DNA of 64,000 nt from Eledone cirrhosa (lineage: Eukaryota). The stretch is taken from assembly GCA_964016885.1 (NCBI GenBank), contig OZ024754.1:44764001-44828000 (forward strand), in the 5' to 3' direction. Of the stretch, positions 57,936 to 64,000 are shown in pieces. A program made the translations under genes and the position numbers. The first letter of the stretch is position 1. Each line of letters begins with the position of its first letter. The notes under the pieces were generated by a model. It ran no database searches. It was not told where the DNA came from and was given only the letters and a program-made list of their open reading frames with translations.

Positions 57936-58888
57936 TGTTTATATTCACGAATAAATATATGAATACATAGGCGTATATTAATACAGAGGTCCGTCCATAC
58001 ACGGGGCGATGCCCCGGCATGGCCGCTACCTAATGACTGAAATAAATAAAATACATACATCTCATATCGTTACATTCACATAAAAATGCAAATATATAAA
58101 ACCATCAGAATAAAGTTAAATGCATACACAACAGTAATGGCTGCCCTGCTCAATTAGAACATGAAATCAACAAATATGTTTAGCTGTTGGACTGTCAGGA
58201 AAAATACTTTGCTCCAAGTAAGTCATATGGAGCGCATGCGTACAATTACGGAAATTAGACTCCGCCATTGTTAGAATTAGAGGAGAAATTGACGTTATAT
58301 TATTTAATGACAAATTTTCATTAGCATGTATATGTATGTAAGTATGTATGTATGTATGTATGTATGTATGTATGTATGTATGTATGTATGTATGTATGTA
58401 TGTATGTATGTATGTATGTATGTCCAGCAACTATTTCTTACATACATACATACATATATATATATACATACATGCATAATACATTAATGGAACAGTAAAA
58501 ATATGTAAAACATTCCAAAAATTCTACATGCAATAACTTCATGTAGACATGTACAGATACAAAGTATATACACATGCACACATACAACTCAACACATTCA
58601 TAGCTGCACACACACACATGCATGCAGACATACATATCTACCTAATTGATGTTGTGTACATTCCAATGAAAGAGTCTTGTAACTATGTTGGGACCATGAA
58701 GAGAAACGCAAGTATATTTTGTCTGTTTTTCTTTACACATTTATTACATTTATTACTGATATATAGCTCTGACTAACTGATTATTATGTTTTTAATTCTT
58801 TCAGTCATTGAAAACTGGTACACACACACACACAGACACACAGACACACACAGACACACACAGACACACACAGACACAGACACACACA

Positions 58889-58972
<84 letters not shown>

Positions 58973-59173
58973 ATATAAAACGAAAAATCAGTGATGCATC
59001 TGAACTCAATTTATTGTGTGTTAGAATTGTTTCGCCGGCGGACAGCTCGAGACGCGATCATTGTGTGGATCTGTCTGATTCTGGACCAGCAGGTTCGACA
59101 GACACGTCTAATGATTTCGGAGCATATTCCTTCACTATATATATATATGTTTTCCGAAGAAAAACCAAACAAA

Positions 59174-59251
59174 AACTCCTCTGTCTGATGAGCGAACTAG
59201 ACATATGTTAATATTGTCTGGGGTCCTGAAACCTTTGGTAATGGAGTAGTT
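59174..59251 (+). ncRNA. Type I hammerhead ribozyme
   Basis: AACUCCUCUGU-CUGAUGA-long stem II (CUAGACA../..UGUCUGG)-GAA-ACC-UUU-GGU-A|AUGGAGUAGUU; stem I pairs 10 of 11 positions including G-U. Confidence 0.75.
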
Positions 59252-59280
59252 ATATATTGTGTTGTTCACTCTCTCTCTCG

Positions 59281-59400
<120 letters not shown>

Positions 59401-59666
59401 CAAGTACGATTTGTACAGATCTGGCACGACTCTGGAATCAAAAGCTTGTCGGACAGAATGTCGTTACAAGAGCAGAGATACGACGAGCTTTTTGATTCCA
59501 GAGTCGGACCAGATCGATACGGACCAAACTTTGAGCTGATCAATAGCGAAACATGCGTCACCAATCAATAAACGTAATGAAGAAATAACTATCGTCCTTA
59601 TACTCTCTCTCTATATATATAGATACACACACACACACACATACACACACATACACACACACACAT

Positions 59667-59715
<49 letters not shown>

Positions 59716-59752
59716 TGTGTGTGTCACTATTTCATCTACCAATTTTATACCA

Positions 59753-59935
59753 TTGGCAGTATCGGTAGAGAGTCGGACACCATGCTTTGAAGCATAGAGT
59801 TACGTCCCTTTATGATCTGAGTTCAAATCCCGCTGAGGTTAACTTTGCCTGTCATCCTTACGGGGTCGATAAAATAAAGTACCAGTAATACACTGGTTAA
59901 TTGCTGGCCGTGTGCCTAAAGTAGAAACAATTATT
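59753..59935 (+). mobile_element. SINE family A
   Basis: Head, body and tail similar to 825-1016. Confidence 0.9.
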
Positions 59936-60251
59936 CACTCTTTAGTTCTTCCAAATTCATTCACTTCCATCTTTCACTCCCATATTTTCTATTTCGCATT
60001 TATTCCTTCTTTCTTCTACCTTTATTCTTTCAACTATCTCGTTCTTCCCTTCTCTCCTTCTTCCTTTCCTTCGTTCCTTCATTCCTTCCTTTCCCTTCCA
60101 TTGCTTTCATTCTTTCCTCCATCATCTCTCTCTCTTGTCTTACATCCTTCTCTCTTAGATCTGAAGCCATTCACGTAAAATGCAACATTTCAAAGCAATA
60201 AATTAAAAGATACCGACAAAGGCTCTTAAACAAGGCGTATGTGGTTGTGTG

Positions 60252-60302
<51 letters not shown>

Positions 60303-60328
60303 GTATATGTGTGCGTGTGCATGCCTGC

Positions 60329-60365
<37 letters not shown>

Positions 60366-60470
60366 GGCATACATGTGCATATGTATGTATACATATACAG
60401 GAATATGTATTCATATATATTGTCTGTGTTAGCGAATGCATGTGAATTGCATCGATAAAATAATATATCC

Positions 60471-60559
<89 letters not shown>

Positions 60560-60678
60560 TATATATATATATGTATGTATATATGTATATATATATATGT
60601 GTATATATATATATATCACATTGTTATATATGTATGAGTGCGAGGTTGTGTGTGCGTGTGTGGGAGAGAGAGAGAGAG

Positions 60679-60710
<32 letters not shown>

Positions 60711-61064
60711 ATCAAAGTGTCAGTGAAACCAATCAGTCAGACAGACATACTAAAGATAAATATAGATAAATATGAAGATTGGGTGGCAGAGAGAGGGGGG
60801 TTGGAAGAGAGGGAGAGTAAGAAAGAGAGAGAGGGGGAGAGAGAGTAAGAGAGCTAAAGTGACAAGAAAAGGTAGGGAGAGAAACAGAGACAAGTAAAAT
60901 TGATAGAATAAATGTAAAGACAGAGAGAGAGAGAGAAACATATAGTATGGAGGGGAACCACACACACACACACATACATACACATACGCACACATATACA
61001 CCCACACATACCCCCCCCATATATATATACATATATATCATATATATACATACATATAAACATA

Positions 61065-61112
<48 letters not shown>

Positions 61113-61147
61113 TACATATAAATATATCCGCATATATACACACATAT

Positions 61148-61236
<89 letters not shown>

Positions 61237-61274
61237 ATAGAAGAAAGAAAGATAGTCATATAGCTAGCCACCTA

Positions 61275-61336
<62 letters not shown>

Positions 61337-61809
61337 GAGGCAGGAACGAAGAAAAAAAAAAGAAGAAAAAAAAAGAAAGAAGAAAGAAGAAAGATGAAGC
61401 AGCCAGTCTTTAAAGGGTACAAAGGGAAAATGGGATGCATGGAAGCAATGATGTATTAAGATGAGACTGTTGCGACAAGACAGATCAAAGCATGTCTTTG
61501 TAGGAAGGCTTAGCTTTCGGAATTGAATCAGAAGATAATTAAAAGTTGCGACTTTAAAAGAAAAGCTGCCGACACCAGTTTGGCCAAATTTTCCGCAACT
61601 GCTGGCATTGCGAGTTGAACACTTTGTAAGATAGGCGCGAAACAGGGCTGTTCCATGAAGAATAACACTTTCTCAAAATGGCCGCCAGCTACAGCTTAGT
61701 TTGGTATTGTTGAAAACAAACGAATAAAACATACATGTAAACAAATAAACACACACACACAAAGGTAGACGCCACCATTGGTGCACAAACACACAAGTGT
61801 ATATATATG

Positions 61810-61915
<106 letters not shown>

Positions 61916-62422
61916 CATATATAAGCAAACAGAAATAAATGTATGTCTATAGGTATATACTTTCACACCCCCACACAGACACACACACACACACACACAC
62001 AAATATATATATATATATATAATGTATATATACGTAATATATACATAAATATATACGTGTATACACACATAGGTATATATGTGTGTATTTATGTGCATAT
62101 GTATGCTCAGTTCGTCTACATGTATATATATTTACGTGTCCAGGCATATATTAAGGAAAGTTGACACACAAAGAAGAACTTAATTCAAATAGTTTTGAAA
62201 CAACAACACCCACTGTTGTTCCTCACACTACACTTTTTATAATGGCGTCGACTACGGTTATATCTGTTAGCTAGACAGGGAAACACACGCAGATATACAC
62301 ACCTAATATATACACACATGTATCCACATAAATTTATATATATATATATAAAGCGTGAAACTAATAAGACTTTTTGTACCTCTGTTTGTTGTCTCCTTGA
62401 ACTGTATATATATATATATATA

Positions 62423-62517
<95 letters not shown>

Positions 62518-62529
62518 TAAATATATAAA

Positions 62530-62584
<55 letters not shown>

Positions 62585-62948
62585 AAATTTTACATATATA
62601 TATATATACCACAAACAAAACAACACACTACCTACACACAAACACACATACACACCACATACATACACTCACATACGCACACAAACACATACATATACTC
62701 ACATACATTTACAGGGCCCATACATATACTCACTTCGAGAAAAAAAAAAGGTTGAGATTGTGAAAGGGCCGGTGGGGGGTTGACAACAACAACAACGATA
62801 TAAAAGAATAAGGGGTAAAACAGTAATAAAACAACAACACAACATATCGTGTTTTGCTGTGGGTGTGAAGTGGATAATGAAATTTTCTGGAAAAAGTGAG
62901 AGAGAAAGAGAGAGAGAGAAGAGTACTGTGACACCCACACATGCTCAA

Positions 62949-62979
<31 letters not shown>

Positions 62980-63041
62980 CATATATGTGTGTGGAGGGGG
63001 GGGGGTGAAAACGCATACAGAAATAACAAGGCAAACAGTAC

Positions 63042-63091
<50 letters not shown>

Positions 63092-63114
63092 CAGTGAGAG
63101 AGAGACACAGAGAA

Positions 63115-63158
<44 letters not shown>

Positions 63159-63269
63159 ATGAGAGAGAGAGAGAAAGAGAGGGAGAGAGAGAGAGGGGGG
63201 AGGGGACGAGAATATGGATTATAGCGAAAATGACAAACTTCAAGATAAAAGACTCCAATGAACATTTTT

Positions 63270-63900
63270 TATGTTGATGTTGTTGTTGCTATTGTTGTTG
63301 TTGTTGCTATTGTTGTTGTTGTTGCTATTGTTGTTGTTGCTATTGTTGTTGTTGTTGTTGTTGTTGCTATTGTTGTTGTTGCTATTGTTGTTGTTGTTGT
63401 TGTTGCTATCGTTGTTGTTGTTGCTATTGTTGTTGTTAGTTGTTGCTATCGTTGTTGTTGCTATTGTTGTTGTTGTTGCTATCGTTGTTGTTGTTGCTAT
63501 TGTTGTTGTTGTTGCTACCGTTGTTGTTGTTGCTATCGTTGTTGTTGTTGCTATTGTTGTTGTTGTTGTTGCTATTGCTGTTGTTGTTGTTGCTATTGTT
63601 GTTGTTGTTGTTGCTATCGTTGTTGTTGTTGCTATTGTTGTTGTTGATGATTTTGTTGTTGTTCTTGTTGATGTTGTTGGTAGCAGTGTTGTTGATGTTG
63701 ATAGTAGTGTTGTTGTTGTAGGTGGTGTCATCATCTTGTTTTTGCTGTTGTTGTTGTTACTGTTATGGTGGTGTTGCTATTGTAGGTGTTGTTGTTGTTG
63801 TTGTTACTGTTATGGTGGTGTTGCTATTGTAGGTGTTGTTGTTGTTGTTGTTACTGTTATGGTGGTGTTGCTATTGTAGGTGTTGTTGTTGCTGCTGTTC
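63270..63900. repeat. (GTT)n/GCTATT compound trinucleotide array
   Basis: Direct reading. Confidence 0.95.
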
Positions 63901-64000
63901 ACAGTGGTGTCGGGATGTTGTTGTTATTCAGGATGATAATGATGATGGTTATGGTAAGGTCCCGAAACTCCTGATAGTGTGGTAGGGGCGCCGTATTGAC

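Overview
AT-rich, microsatellite-saturated metazoan genomic DNA. The SINE/LINE/microsatellite make-up suggests an octopus-type cephalopod (inference, not proven). There is a 200-N scaffold gap at 34347-34546. The only convincing protein-coding sequence is the last two exons of a PRD-class Q50 homeobox gene, Prop/Prop1-like (37697-37992 and 40392-40493, + strand), with an apparent 1-bp frameshift near 37868. Its upstream homeobox exon is not visible. The rest is tRNA-derived SINEs, truncated LINE 3' ends (RTE, RTEX, R4/Dong, Tx1), TTAA- and TA-flanked MITEs, and mini/microsatellites. Almost all ORFs in the supplied track are simple-repeat artefacts. The most unusual signal is a set of small elements in (TA)n tracts carrying type I hammerhead ribozymes of the kind found in Penelope-like elements. 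Three are structurally complete or nearly so (14414-14479 -, 42253-42310 -, 59174-59251 +). Six long fold-back palindromes from four unrelated families have their symmetry centres on a hammerhead core. Also notable: microsatellite-associated Tx1 and Dong LINEs, a twin-priming-type RTE inversion, a minisatellite built from a transposon terminus, and an orphan E2F/CCAAT/CHR promoter-like module. All structures were derived by eye and none were computed.
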